Source: Candidatus Eiseniibacteriota bacterium
GTDB taxonomy: Bacteria; Eisenbacteria; RBG-16-71-46
Assembly: GCA_031364845.1 (NCBI GenBank)
Contig: JANLWX010000007.1
Location: 64,001 to 128,000 of the forward strand
DNA length: 64,000 nt
Direction of reading: 5' to 3'
The notes beneath the pieces were generated by a model, which was given only the letters and a program-made list of their open reading frames with translations, did not search any database and was not told the origin of the DNA. Numbering within the stretch: the stretch's first letter is position 1; every line of letters starts with the position of its first letter. The translations under genes were made by a program, and so were the position numbers. Of the stretch, positions 1 to 9,608 are shown one piece after another.

Positions 1-2660
1 GCGACGAGGCAGCCGAGCAGGCTCACGACCGTAATCGATCCGAGCTGAGCGTTCGCGGGCACCTGTGACAGCGTGAGGATGCCGAATCCGGCCGTCACCG
101 CGAGTGCGTTGACGAGGATGCCGGGTCCGGTCGCGGTGAGCGCGTCGAGCACCGCGGCCCCGTGCGGCTCGCCGCGCCGCGTGGCCTCGCGGTAGCGATG
201 GACCAGGTGAATCGCGAAGTCGACGCCGACGCCCAGCACCATGCTCGCGAACATCGAGGTCGCGACGCCGAGCGGCATGCCCACGACTCCCATCATCGCG
301 AACGTGCCCGCCACCGCGATGCCGGCCGGCGCCATGCACAGGATTCCCCAGCGCATCGAGCGGAACAGGATCGCGCTGACCGCGACGATCCCCAGCAGCG
401 AGGCGAGCAGCGAACCGACCTGCGAGCGCACGATCGCCTGGATCAATGCCTGGCTCACGGCGACGTCGCCGGCGAAATCGATCCGCATCTTCAAAGGTGC
501 CAGATGCTCGCGCTCATAGTCGCGAATCTCCGCCATGAGCTGCCGCGTGTCTCGGTAGTTCGCGTTCTTCAAGAATACTGTGATCAGCGCGTGGTCCAAC
601 TGCGGGGTTGCGACTTCGCCGACGCGCCCGGCGCCGAACACCGTCCGAAGTGCCGACCACAGCCAGCGCACGCGATCGGGATCGCTCGGAATGCCGCGCG
701 ATCCCGGTGACCGATCGCTCATGAGGAATTCAACGGTCGCGATCTGATCCGAGGGCCCGAGAACTCCGCCGACCGAAAGCTGCGACCGGGCGCGCACGAA
801 CTGTTCGAGCGAGTCGAGCGCCATGAGCAGCGACGGAATTGCGAGCCGCTGGGAGAGAAGCGCGAACATGAGGGTGTCGGACGGTTCCGGCATCAACAGG
901 AACTGCGCCGAGCCGTGGTAGAGCGGCGTCGTGACGGCGATGCGGCCGTCGCGGCGTTCGGCGCTTTCGACGACCGAGGACCAGTATGAAGGCTGGCCGA
1001 GTTCCGGCAATCCGGGGCGGCGCGACGCGGAGGATTGCCGGGCGGATCGTGGCAGGACGCTCACCCAGAGCGAGCAGCCGGTGAGCAAGGTGGGGTCGGC
1101 GATGAGGCTGTCCGGGAACAGCGTCACGTTGCCGTGCAGATCCGCAGGAGACAGCGTGCCCTGGATGAGAAGCGGGCGTCCCGTGTCGACCGACAGCAGC
1201 AGCCGATGCGTCCCGAAGAACTGCCGGTTGAAGTACTGCGTCGCCCGATAGAACGCGCTCGAGGGCGCGAACCCGCTGATCCAGCTGTCCTGGATCTCCA
1301 CCTTGCGGATCGCGAGCGGTGAAGCGAGCAGCGCGATCGCCGTGAGCGTCAGGGTGATCACGGGCCGCGCGCCGAGTTTTGCGATCCACGCGACCCATGC
1401 GCGCGGTGCCGCATCGCCCGCGTCACGCGTCCGTCCGGCGAGTGCGCGCGCCGGCAACAGCACCAGCAGTGCCGGGATCACGGTGAGTGTCCACACCATG
1501 CAGAACACGATGCCGGCCGCGGTGAAGATGCCGAACGCGCGGATCGGCGCGAGTGGCGACAGCGCGAATGCGAGAAAGCCGATCGCGGTGGTCCATCCGG
1601 TCGCCATCACCGGCAGGCTCGTCTCGTCGAGCGCCGCGCGAACCGCGGAGGTGATCGGTTCGTTCGGATGCGCGGCGACACGCTGGCGGTACGACGTGAA
1701 CACATGGATCTCGTCCGCGAGCCCCATCGACACGAGGATCACGGGCAGCACCGCCATCGTGAGATACACCGGCACGCCGAGCCAGCCCATGAGTCCGAAC
1801 ACGAACACCAGGCACGCGAGCGCTTCGCTCAACGGAAGCCAGGTCGCGGCAAAGCTCCTGAAGCTGATCAGGAACACGAGCCCCATGAACACGATCGCGA
1901 TCGGGAGCAGGCCGACGTGGCGGGCGATCGCCTCGCGCAGCCGGGCGATGGCGCGGGCGCCGTCGCCGGAAGCAGCGTCGAAGGCATCGCGCTGCGCACG
2001 GTGCTTCGAGATGCCGAGGTCTTCGAGAATGTGGACGCCGAGCAAGGCTTCCGCGACCGGCGCGCCGATCACGGTCACGTCGTGGCCCGCGGTGTCGGCG
2101 GCAGCGATCACCTCTCGGACGCTCGAGACGATCGCCGCGCGATCGGTGCCCGCATCGATCCCGGCGAGGATCGCGGCGGCACGCGCGTCGCGCGCGAGCA
2201 GCGTGCCCGACAGGAGTCCGATGTCGGCGATCTCGCCGCGCAATCGATCCATGTCGGCAGCCGTCGCCGGCAGCGGATCGAGGAGTTCGCGCCGGAGCAG
2301 CGTTCCCGGACGGAAGCGTTCGCTGGGTTCGGTCGCGAGGCTGCGCACGCTCGCCGAATCGATCCCGGGCAATTCCTGGAAGGCGTGCGTGAGGCGCGCG
2401 ATCAATGCCAGAGTGCGCGCGTCGTAGATTCCATCGGGGTTCCGCGAACGGACGACGATCACGAGCGGATCGTGTACGCCGAAAGCCTGACGCACCTGAT
2501 TGTCGAGCAGCACCGCGGGATCGCGCGGCGGGATCAGCGCGTGGCCGTCGGTGCGCAGGTGCAGTCGCAGCATCCCGGGCGCCACCGCTAGCGTGACGGC
2601 GAGCGCGAGAGCGAGGACCAGGCGCGGGCGCCGGATCGCGAAGTCGTGGAGATGCTTCAA
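1..2660 (-). CDS. MMPL/RND-family membrane transporter, 3' end outside window
   Basis: Absent from the ORF track because there is no in-window stop. I translated both ends by hand: TTG at 2660 gives MKHLHDFAIRRPRLVLALALAVTLAVAPGMLRLHLRTDGHALIPPRDP..., and the same frame reads PANAQLGSITVVSLLGCLV at the window edge. Hydrophobic blocks typical of MMPL proteins. Starts 9 nt after the upstream stop. Confidence 0.85.
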   Translation of the reverse strand, partial: MKHLHDFAIRRPRLVLALALAVTLAVAPGMLRLHLRTDGHALIPPRDPAVLLDNQVRQAFGVHDPLVIVVRSRNPDGIYDARTLALIARLTHAFQELPGIDSASVRSLATEPSERFRPGTLLRRELLDPLPATAADMDRLRGEIADIGLLSGTLLARDARAAAILAGIDAGTDRAAIVSSVREVIAAADTAGHDVTVIGAPVAEALLGVHILEDLGISKHRAQRDAFDAASGDGARAIARLREAIARHVGLLPIAIVFMGLVFLISFRSFAATWLPLSEALACLVFVFGLMGWLGVPVYLTMAVLPVILVSMGLADEIHVFTSYRQRVAAHPNEPITSAVRAALDETSLPVMATGWTTAIGFLAFALSPLAPIRAFGIFTAAGIVFCMVWTLTVIPALLVLLPARALAGRTRDAGDAAPRAWVAWIAKLGARPVITLTLTAIALLASPLAIRKVEIQDSWISGFAPSSAFYRATQYFNRQFFGTHRLLLSVDTGRPLLIQGTLSPADLHGNVTLFPDSLIADPTLLTGCSLWVSVLPRSARQSSASRRPGLPELGQPSYWSSVVESAERRDGRIAVTTPLYHGSAQFLLMPEPSDTLMFALLSQRLAIPSLLMALDSLEQFVRARSQLSVGGVLGPSDQIATVEFLMSDRSPGSRGIPSDPDRVRWLWSALRTVFGAGRVGEVATPQLDHALITVFLKNANYRDTRQLMAEIRDYEREHLAPLKMRIDFAGDVAVSQALIQAIVRSQVGSLLASLLGIVAVSAILFRSMRWGILCMAPAGIAVAGTFAMMGVVGMPLGVATSMFASMVLGVGVDFAIHLVHRYREATRRGEPHGAAVLDALTATGPGILVNALAVTAGFGILTLSQVPANAQLGSITVVSLLGCLV

Positions 2661-2669
2661 CGCGCGGCG

Positions 2670-3332
2670 TCAGCCCGAATGGGGGTCGTCGGAGCCGGGT
2701 ACTGCGCCGTTCGCCTGCGGCGGGAGATATCCGTGCTGCGCCATGCGCGCCCCGCTCGCGGCGTGATCCTCGTTCGCCATGGCGTGAACTCCGCCGGCAT
2801 CGCACCAGCGGTTGTAGAAGTTGAACAACGCGCACACGGTGATCGCGTCATAGACCGCCTCCTGCGACCATCCGGCCCGGACGACCGCATCGATATGTTC
2901 GCGATTCAAGTCCCAGGACGCGCGGTTCATCTGCTCGACGAATGTGAACAGCGCGCGGTCGGCCTCGGATATCGGTGCGGTGACGAGGTCCGCGAGCACT
3001 GCATCCACGCGTGCGCGATCGCCGAGCAGCTCCGCCGCGACCGCGGCGTGGCTGTTGAGTCAGAACGGGCAATGGTTGAGCCGCGACGTGTAGGCCGCGA
3101 TCAACTCGCGCAGCCCCGGTTCGAGCGGCGAGGGTCCGCGCATCACCTCGTGGGTGAAGCGCGACAGGTGCTGCGTGCGTTCGGGCTTGTAGGCGAACAG
3201 GAACATGATCTGCGGCACGTCCATGCCCGCGCGCGCGAGGCCCTCGATCACGCCGGCGTATGCGCCGGCCGGCGATTCGTGCAGCGCCGGCAGGAACATC
3301 GCTTCGCCCGTCGCGCCGGGATCGCCCTTCAC
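2670..3332 (-). CDS. AhpD/carboxymuconolactone decarboxylase-like peroxidase, probable selenoprotein (C-P-F-U, UGA at 3060-3062)
   Basis: ORFs 3060..3332 and 2670..3008 share a frame and read through as RELIAAYTSRLNHCPF*LNSHAAVAAELLGD. This is the AhpD E..S..N.CxxC...H motif with TGA at the second Cys. The GTG start overlaps the thioesterase stop (GTGA). 220 aa. Confidence 0.85.
3027..3054 (-). promoter_or_regulatory. Bacterial SECIS-like hairpin downstream of UGA 3060-3062
   Basis: mRNA reads UGA-CUCAA-CAGC-CA-CGCCGC-[GGUC]-GCGGCG-GA-GCUG. The apical loop begins with G, 17 nt after the UGA. Confidence 0.65.
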
Positions 3333-3757
3333 GAGACTTCCTCGTACGCGCGCGCCGCGCGCAGCAGCTCATCGGGAATCGGAGCCGGCACCATGCGGCC
3401 GTTCTCGCGGCGCATGAACGCGACCTGCTGCTCGCCGCGCGCGACCGGTTGTTCGCCCTGCGCCGTCGCGAGCAGATAGTCGAACTTCATCGTGAGCCGG
3501 TTCTGCGCGGCACCGCCGAAGTGCATGCGGACGATCACTTCGTCGAACGGTTCCAGCTCGCGCAGGTATTCGCACGAGCAGCGCGTGGTCACGAGCACGA
3601 GCCCGCCGCCGATCTCTTCGAGCATGTTCGGCGCGTGGTCGCGCAGGAACAACTCGCGGCAGCGGCCCTGCCAGCGGATGAAGTTCACGTAATAGACATT
3701 GCCGAGCAGGTTGGTCTCTTCGAACGCGACCACGTGACGCATTTCATAGCCCGCCAT
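3329..3757 (-). CDS. Enediyne PKS-associated hotdog thioesterase (SgcE10/CalE7/DynE7 family)
   Basis: FEETNLLGNVYYVNFIRWQGRCRELFL signature; 142 aa; overlaps the 3' end of pksE. Confidence 0.93.
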   Translation of the reverse strand: MAGYEMRHVVAFEETNLLGNVYYVNFIRWQGRCRELFLRDHAPNMLEEIGGGLVLVTTRCSCEYLRELEPFDEVIVRMHFGGAAQNRLTMKFDYLLATAQGEQPVARGEQQVAFMRRENGRMVPAPIPDELLRAARAYEEVS

Positions 3758-6700
3758 CGTCCCTCCTTGCGAGCACCGCCATCACCGTGGGTTCCGTTGC
3801 GTCCTGGATCGAGGCGAGGTAGGTCGCGACCCGCAGCGGGCCCGACGCGAGCACCGTCCAGCCGTCGGCGCCGGTCTCGACCAGCACTAGCGGCTGATCG
3901 CCCGCCCAGCCTGCCTTGCGCAGACACTCGTGCGCTGCCCACACCCGCGTGGCGGCCGGACCGAGTTCGCCCGCCGACTCGCTCGCCATCCGTTCCGCGA
4001 GGCCGAAGCGCCGCGGTCCGAGCAGATCGCGCCATTGCAGTTCGGTGCGCGCGATCACACCGGCGACGTCGCAGCCGATCGGCCCGCAGCCGCCGATCGC
4101 GAACGTCAGCGTGCCCGCATGCGATGACGAAACCGATTGCGCGGGCTCGGACGGAAGCGAAGGCTTGCCGTTGGGGTCGCGGTGCACGGCGATCGCGCGG
4201 CCAAAGGCGAGGCTCATCGCGTGTTCGCTGTTGCCTCCGCGGGTGGCGTGGCCGTTCGCCGCGAGCGCCACGCGCACGGCCGAGCCCGGAATCAACTCGG
4301 CGACGCGCCGCTCGACGTAGGGTCCGAGCAGCGGCAGCGGCCACGCGCCGGCGCGCGCGACACCCGGCATCGCCTTGAGTTCGAGTCCTTCCCAGCGTTC
4401 GCGCACGCGGCCGCCGGCGTCCGCGATCTCGAGGTCGTAGACGAACCGATCCCCGAGCCGCGACCGCTCGCGCGCGTGCACGGTCCACGGCGCGCCCGCG
4501 CCCAGATCGCCGGGGACGATGCGCGCGACCGCGGTCGGCAGCACCGTCATGTGGGGGATGCACGCCTGGATGCCGTGGATCGCGGCGTCGCGCGCGCCGG
4601 GATCGCCGAGCACGAGGTCGGCGGGCACGTAAGGCCCGAACCACTCGGGCCGGGTGTCGGTCGCGATCTCGACCACGCATTCGGTCGCTCGCAGCACACG
4701 GTAGTTCAGCACGCGCTGGAAGCGGCCGCTCTGGAACAGCATGCCGCCGTAGAGATCGCGTTCCGGATCGAGCGGCAGCGGTCCGTTCAAATCGTCACGA
4801 TCGGCGAGGTGTTCCAGGCCCGCGGGCCGCGCGCCGAACACGCAGCGCGCCTCGAAGTGATCGACCGCGAAATCCGATTCGGACGAACGCAGCACGACGT
4901 CGACGCTGCCGTCCTCTCGCATGAGCGCCGCCACGCGCAGCGTGCACTCACCACCCGCGGGCACGGTGATCGGGCGATGGAACGCGACGCGCTCGAACAC
5001 CGGAGCATTTGATTCGCCGGCGAGCGTCATCGCGACCTGTGCGATCGCTTCGAGCCCCATCACGGCCGGCAGCAGCATCACGCCGCGATAGACGTGGTCG
5101 CGCAGATAGGGATCGCTCTCGGGCGAGAGATCGGTGTCGACCACCAGCTCGATGCCGGGATAGTGGACCGCGATCCGCTCGATGAACCGCCGCAGCGGCA
5201 TCGGCGGCTGCTCGAGTGCCAGCGTCGGTAACTCGCCGATGCGTCCGGCGACGATCACCGACGAGCCCGGCAACGGTGCGCGCAGCAGGCGCGACAGCAT
5301 CCCGATGCCGGCCTCTGGCGCGATCGGTGTGATGCCTTCGCGCATCAGCGCATCCAACCGCCCGAGTCGCTCGCCCATGCCGGTGCCGGACCACACCGAC
5401 CACTCCACCGACAGGCAGCGGCAGGCAGCGTGCTCGGTCTGGAAGCGCTCGACGAAGCGCGTGAGCCATTCGTTCGCGAGGCCGTAGTCCGCTTCGCCGC
5501 GTAGTCCGGTGCGCGCGATGATCGAGCCGAACGTGACGAACAGTTTGAGCGTGCCGGGATCGATCGCCGCGAGCACGTTGCGCGCGCCGTCGAGTTTCGT
5601 GCGCAGCGTGCGCTCGACGATGGCTTCAGTGAGCGCGCTCAGCGGGCGCGGTTCGTTGATGCCGGCGCCGTGCAGCACCGCGACGACCGGGCCGAGACGC
5701 TGCTCGATCGAGCGCACTGCGTCGCGCACGGCTTCCGCGTCGGTGACGTCGGCCGCGGCGTAGTACGTCGTCACACCCGCGGCCGCGAAGCGCGCGAGGT
5801 TCGCCGCCAGCGCGGGATCGCTGCCGGCATCGGAGCGCCCGATCAGGCCGAGCTTCACGCCGTATTCGCGTGCGAGTGCCAGCGCGCATTCGGCCGCGAT
5901 GCCTTTGCCGCCGCCGGTGACGAGCATCACGTCGTCCTTCGCGAGCGGCGGAGCGTGCACGGCGGCCGTTTCCGTGAGCGGCGTCATCACCGGTTCGTGG
6001 CGCCGCCCATCGCGGTCGTAGCGCGCCTCGTGATAACCGAGTGCCGCGTTCGCTTCGGCGACGATCCAGGCGACGGCGTCTTTGTGGTCGTACGGCACAT
6101 CCACCACGCACGTCGTGGTGTCGCGCGATTCGAGGTGCAGGCTGCGCGCGAACGCGCCGCCGCCGCCGCCCTGCTGCACGACCACGAAGCGCGCGCCGCG
6201 GTCCGCCATCGCGAGCCGCGCGCCTTCGAGCAGCCGCGCGATGTCGCGCGCATCAGGCTCCGCGGCGAGGCACACGACGACTCCGCGGCCGGTGCCCTCG
6301 GCGTGCAGTGCGCGTTCGAGGTCCGCCGCGATTGGATGCTGAGCGTCGGCGAGCACGCGCCATTCCGCGGGGCCGGCGGGCTTCGGACGTGACGGGCGCG
6401 GGCGTTCGACTTCGCGCACGACGAACGGACGCACCCAGGGACCGACGCCTTCGGCGATGCGGCGCGGCGCTTTCGGCGCGCCGCCGGTGCGCAGCTCGGC
6501 CAGCGCGATCGCGAGTTCGGCGACCGTGGCTCCGGCATAGCTCGCGGGATCCGCGGGCGCGGGCAAGCCGAGGCGCCGCGCGCCGTCGACTGCCAGTTGC
6601 CCGACGGTGATCGAGTTCAGGTGCAGGTCACCGAGCAGGCGATCATCGTCACCGACCGCGGATACCGGCAGCTCGACCTGTTCGGCGACGAGCCGCCGCA

Positions 6701-9608
6701 CGACTTCGAGCACAGCCGCGGGGTCGTCGGCGGACTCGGCGCCGTTGCCGTGCGCGGCGCCGTTCGTGGCCGCCGGTTCGTGATCGCGATCGACGGTTGC
6801 CGTGGCGCCGCTCGTCGTGTGCGCCGCTACGGCGTGCGTGCCTGCGTCCGAAGGCAACGGCGCCTGCTCGCACGGATTCGCGAAGAAGCTCAGCGGGCGA
6901 TCGAGGTCGAACGCGCGCGCGAAACGCCCGGCGAACAACGGCTGCGGATCGACCGCGCCGCCGAGCGCCCACACCGCGCCCGTCGCGCGCAGCAGGCCGG
7001 CGATCGATTCGCTGCCGGCGTCGAGTGCGATCGCGGGGGCGGGGCCGAGATCCGCGACCAGTCCGCTCAGCACGTGCCCTGGACCGACCTCGATCCACAA
7101 ATCCACATTGCGCGCATGGCTCACGGCTTCCACGAAGCGCACCGGATGCGTGACCTGGCGACACAGCAGCTCTCGCACGTCGTCGTCGCGCCCGAGCGGA
7201 GTACCGCTCACGGTCGAGAGCACGCGGCGCTCGACCGGTTCGAATCGTTCGCGATCGAGCTGCGCGCGCAGCGCCGGTTCGGCCGCGGCCACGAGCGGCG
7301 AGTGGAACGCATGCGATACCGCGAGCGCGGTCGCCGGAATGCTCCGCGCCCGCGCGATCTCGACCACCGCGGTGACGGCGTTCGCTTCACCCGCGATCAC
7401 GGTGCGGCGCGGGCCGTTCAAGCCCGCGATCACCACCGCATGTCCCGCGATCAGAGTGCCGACTTCTTCAGCCGTCGCGGCGAGGCTCGCCATGGTTCCG
7501 TTCGAAGCCGCGAGATCCGCCATCGCGCGTCCGCGCGCGGCGGCGATCCGCACCAGCGCGTCCGCGTCGAACACCGAGGCCCAGTGGCATGCCGTGATCT
7601 CGCCGAGGCTGTGGCCCACGGCCACCTCGGCGCACACGCCGAGCTCATCGAGCAGCCGAAGTGCTGCGAGTGAATTCGTGACGATCGCGGGCTGCGCGAT
7701 CTGGGTCGCGGTCGTGTCGGTGGTCGTTGCCGCTTCCGCCGCGACACGCGTTGCGACCGCGTCGTACAAAGGCCGCAGCGACTCGAACCGCCGCGCCCAC
7801 AGACCGCCTGCGACGTTCGAGGGCGCGCCCTGGCCCGTGAACAGAAATCCGATGCGCGGTGACGTGCCGCCCAGTGCGCCCAGGCTGATGCCGCGCGCGA
7901 CATCGAGCCGTACCTCGACGCCTTCGGCGAGCCACGCATCCAGCACACCGAGGCGTTCGTCGAGTTCGCCTGGCGTCGAGGCGACCACCGCCGCGCGTCG
8001 CGCATCGGCGCCGGCCGTTGCCTTCGCCGCCAGCGAGTTCTGCAACGTGCACGCGACGTCCGCCATCTCGGCCAGGGAGAGCCGGCCGGCCAGCGCGCGA
8101 AGCCGCGCGATCTGATCGCGGAGCGCCTGCGTGTCGGCGCCCTCCAAGAGAAACAACTCGGCATCCTGCGGACTGGAGATCAGCGCTCGCTCATCGTCCG
8201 TGAGCGCCGTGCGGCGTTCCGGGGTCGCGCTCTCGATCACGACGTGCGTGTCGATCCCGCCGAAGCCCATCGCGCTCACCGCGGCGCGCAGCGGCATGCC
8301 GGACGGCCACAACTCTCCCGAGCGCGGCGTTCTGAGATCGGCACGGTCGCGCACGAGACGCGGGTGCGGATCGCGCTGTCCCGCGAGCGGCGGCAGCACC
8401 TGCGCGCGCACCGACATCGTCGCCTTGATCAGCCCCGCCACGCCGGCCGCGGCCTTGGTGTGGCCCATGTTCGCCTTGATCGATCCGAGTGCGGCGGCGG
8501 GTGCGGTGCCGGTGCCGCGCGCGCGCAGGATCACATCCAACTCGGTGAGGTCGCCGACTTCGGTTCCGGTCCCGTGTCCTTCGAAGTAGCCGATCGTTTC
8601 CGCGCCGAAGCCCGCGCGGCGATAGGCGCGCTCGAGTGCGAGCAACTGGCCCGAAGCTTCGGGCCGCGTCATGCCGCCGCTGCCGTCCGAAGCCACGCCC
8701 CAGCCGCGGATCACACCGTGGATGCGCCGTCCTTCGGCGCGCGCCTGATCGGCGCGCATCAGCACCACGAAACCGCAGCCTTCGCCGGGCCAGAAGCCGG
8801 TGGCGCGGGCGTCGTAGACGCGCATGTCCTCGCGCGCGAGCACGCCGACGCGCGAGAACCCGACCAGTTCGAACGGATCGAGGCTCAGATCGACGCCGCC
8901 CGCGAGTGCGAGGTCGAGATCGCCCGCCGCGAGCGCCGAGCATGCGGTGGTGACCGCGAGCAGCGACGAGGCGCACGCGCCATCGACGGTGTAGCCGCCG
9001 CCGTTCAGGTCAAAGTGATTGCAGATGCGTCCGGCGATCGTGTTCGACAATCCGCCGGCAAGCGACTCGCCGCCGACGGCCGGGAACGGAGCCTTGTAGC
9101 GCGTCTCGAGCGAGGCGAGGAACGCCTGGCGGCGCTCGGGCGCCCAGTCGCTCTCCGCGAGTGCGGCGTCGACCACGCGCCGCACGTAGGGCCAGCGCAA
9201 ACGCAGCGTGTTCGCGCGCGAGAATTCGCCGGTCAGCGTGTTGCCGACCAGCACTCCGGTCATCGCGCGCGGCAGGCCGTGTCCGTCGGCGAAGCCCGCG
9301 TCGGCCAGCGCCTGATCGGCGACGTCGAGCGCCAGCCAGTGCGCGAGGTCGACCTCGCGATACGTGGCGCCGGCGGTGCGGAAGCGCACGCGATCGAACT
9401 CGTAGCCTTCGATCACCGCGGCCTGCGTGGTCGTCACCGAGTCCGACAATCCGGCGTCCGCGTGATAGTCCTCGATCCGCAGGCGCTCGGCCGGCATGCG
9501 GCGGAACGCGCGGCGCTGCGCGAGCGCGTTCTCCCACAGTTCGGCGGGGGAGCGCGCATCGGGGTAGCGGCAGCCCATGCCGATGATCGCGATCGCGTGA
9601 TCAGGCAT
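3744..9608 (-). CDS. pksE: Iterative type I enediyne polyketide synthase (KS-AT-ACP-KR-DH-PPTase)
   Basis: 1954 aa. KS: DGACASSL, EGHGTGT, GHTKAAAG. AT: GHSLG and HAFH. Internal ACP: DLHLNSITVGQL. KR: TGGGKGIA and DYGLANE. DH: HVYRGVMLLP and DAAIHGIQAC. C-terminal PPTase: SSSHA, GCD, RVWAAHECLRKAG. This domain order is diagnostic of PKSE. Confidence 0.95.
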   Translation of the reverse strand: MPDHAIAIIGMGCRYPDARSPAELWENALAQRRAFRRMPAERLRIEDYHADAGLSDSVTTTQAAVIEGYEFDRVRFRTAGATYREVDLAHWLALDVADQALADAGFADGHGLPRAMTGVLVGNTLTGEFSRANTLRLRWPYVRRVVDAALAESDWAPERRQAFLASLETRYKAPFPAVGGESLAGGLSNTIAGRICNHFDLNGGGYTVDGACASSLLAVTTACSALAAGDLDLALAGGVDLSLDPFELVGFSRVGVLAREDMRVYDARATGFWPGEGCGFVVLMRADQARAEGRRIHGVIRGWGVASDGSGGMTRPEASGQLLALERAYRRAGFGAETIGYFEGHGTGTEVGDLTELDVILRARGTGTAPAAALGSIKANMGHTKAAAGVAGLIKATMSVRAQVLPPLAGQRDPHPRLVRDRADLRTPRSGELWPSGMPLRAAVSAMGFGGIDTHVVIESATPERRTALTDDERALISSPQDAELFLLEGADTQALRDQIARLRALAGRLSLAEMADVACTLQNSLAAKATAGADARRAAVVASTPGELDERLGVLDAWLAEGVEVRLDVARGISLGALGGTSPRIGFLFTGQGAPSNVAGGLWARRFESLRPLYDAVATRVAAEAATTTDTTATQIAQPAIVTNSLAALRLLDELGVCAEVAVGHSLGEITACHWASVFDADALVRIAAARGRAMADLAASNGTMASLAATAEEVGTLIAGHAVVIAGLNGPRRTVIAGEANAVTAVVEIARARSIPATALAVSHAFHSPLVAAAEPALRAQLDRERFEPVERRVLSTVSGTPLGRDDDVRELLCRQVTHPVRFVEAVSHARNVDLWIEVGPGHVLSGLVADLGPAPAIALDAGSESIAGLLRATGAVWALGGAVDPQPLFAGRFARAFDLDRPLSFFANPCEQAPLPSDAGTHAVAAHTTSGATATVDRDHEPAATNGAAHGNGAESADDPAAVLEVVRRLVAEQVELPVSAVGDDDRLLGDLHLNSITVGQLAVDGARRLGLPAPADPASYAGATVAELAIALAELRTGGAPKAPRRIAEGVGPWVRPFVVREVERPRPSRPKPAGPAEWRVLADAQHPIAADLERALHAEGTGRGVVVCLAAEPDARDIARLLEGARLAMADRGARFVVVQQGGGGGAFARSLHLESRDTTTCVVDVPYDHKDAVAWIVAEANAALGYHEARYDRDGRRHEPVMTPLTETAAVHAPPLAKDDVMLVTGGGKGIAAECALALAREYGVKLGLIGRSDAGSDPALAANLARFAAAGVTTYYAAADVTDAEAVRDAVRSIEQRLGPVVAVLHGAGINEPRPLSALTEAIVERTLRTKLDGARNVLAAIDPGTLKLFVTFGSIIARTGLRGEADYGLANEWLTRFVERFQTEHAACRCLSVEWSVWSGTGMGERLGRLDALMREGITPIAPEAGIGMLSRLLRAPLPGSSVIVAGRIGELPTLALEQPPMPLRRFIERIAVHYPGIELVVDTDLSPESDPYLRDHVYRGVMLLPAVMGLEAIAQVAMTLAGESNAPVFERVAFHRPITVPAGGECTLRVAALMREDGSVDVVLRSSESDFAVDHFEARCVFGARPAGLEHLADRDDLNGPLPLDPERDLYGGMLFQSGRFQRVLNYRVLRATECVVEIATDTRPEWFGPYVPADLVLGDPGARDAAIHGIQACIPHMTVLPTAVARIVPGDLGAGAPWTVHARERSRLGDRFVYDLEIADAGGRVRERWEGLELKAMPGVARAGAWPLPLLGPYVERRVAELIPGSAVRVALAANGHATRGGNSEHAMSLAFGRAIAVHRDPNGKPSLPSEPAQSVSSSHAGTLTFAIGGCGPIGCDVAGVIARTELQWRDLLGPRRFGLAERMASESAGELGPAATRVWAAHECLRKAGWAGDQPLVLVETGADGWTVLASGPLRVATYLASIQDATEPTVMAVLARRDDGGL

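Noticed and set aside
162..2835. Long ORFs in the track over the MMPL gene (e.g. 1303..2427 +, 1423..2835 -, 1668..2591 +), and similar Arg/Ala-rich ORFs throughout the window
   Set aside because: Antisense or alternative-frame shadows typical of high-GC DNA, with no recognisable motifs, overlapping well-supported genes.
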